Source: Antedon mediterranea
Taxonomy: Eukaryota; Animalia; Echinodermata
Length of the DNA: 64,000 bases
Assembly: GCF_964355755.1 (NCBI RefSeq)
Contig: NC_092678.1
Location: forward strand, 23,329,365-23,393,364
Reading direction: 5' to 3'
Under the pieces are notes generated by a model. It had not been told where the DNA came from and searched no databases. It worked only from the letters and a program-made list of their open reading frames with translations. A program made the position numbers and the translations under genes. This document shows positions 63,497-64,000 of this stretch, piece after piece (within the stretch, counting starts at the first letter, position 1; each line of letters begins with the position of its first letter).

Positions 63497-63716
63497 CTAA
63501 GGCCCTGCCACAGCCTTTTGGGGTCGTTTCCACCACATCACCAGATGCATTGATGTTGTCGCCTCATGATGTGTGGTGGAAAGGGGGACGTATGATCTGT
63601 GAACCCCAAACACAGTGGCTCGCATAGCCTTAACTCTATTCCACCGACCAGCGTGGGAATCGAACCCACGACATACGTGTGTTAACACGACGCTCAGACG
63701 ATTGAGCTAACTGATC
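63497..63716 (-). mobile_element. tRNA-derived SINE (Ile-like head)
   Basis: The head (63645-63716) folds as a tRNA-like cloverleaf with TAGCTCAATCG and GGTTCGATTCC boxes but has a defective anticodon loop, and it runs directly into a non-tRNA body. Confidence 0.65.
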
Positions 63717-64000
63717 ATTTTGGTTTTAGCAAGGTTAATAAGATATTTATGACGTAATGATGAATTACGTAATACACGTATAAATAGACTATTATCAGCT
63801 GTTCAGTCATGTTTCAGTTTGTGGCTTAACGGGTAATGCTCAGTTTTGAGTGCTATCAGCTGGGGTTCAAACCTCGACGGGTATTTTTTTTATGAATATT
63901 GGTTTTTTTTAAACATTTTGTATGGCATTCACTTTTTCATTAAATAGACACCATAAAACCCCAAAAAGAGTTCCTCATTTTTTAGTACTCTTGGGTACGA

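Noticed and set aside
63645-63716. Possible functional tRNA gene
   Set aside because: The anticodon loop is not 7 nt, the D-loop GG is missing, and it continues into a SINE-like body without an immediate terminator.

Overview
AT-rich animal (probably invertebrate) genomic DNA with spliceosomal introns, so most of the supplied ORF track is spurious or covers only parts of exons. I assembled three minus-strand genes by hand, and the exon phases close exactly. (1) A complete IFT122 gene: 24 coding exons, 29989..44116, about 1185 aa, with one U12-type intron and two GC-AG introns. (2) A complete Rap1 GTPase gene: 6 coding exons, 48984..56914, 185 aa, with probable 5' and 3' UTR introns. (3) A small gene for a signal peptide plus a single L1/NrCAM-like FN3 domain (26144..27711, about 185 aa), whose promoter and first-exon module is duplicated 4.7 kb away. 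The first 24 kb has no recognisable intact gene. The window is rich in repeats: a 5'-truncated Rex1/Babar-like LINE, about 18 copies of one Harbinger-type MITE carrying a 21-bp internal repeat, TTAA-flanked (Kolobok-like) MITEs, a P-like MITE, a Helentron/DINE-1-like element, tRNA-derived SINEs and many minisatellites. The most unusual structure is a ~67-bp minisatellite in IFT122 intron 15. It was built from the exon's own 3' end plus splice donor and gives about 22 decoy donors separated by G-tracts. Also notable is a visible series from MITE to 21-bp satellite. No prokaryotic-type system (CRISPR, operon) is present. All coordinates were counted by hand and no database searches were run.
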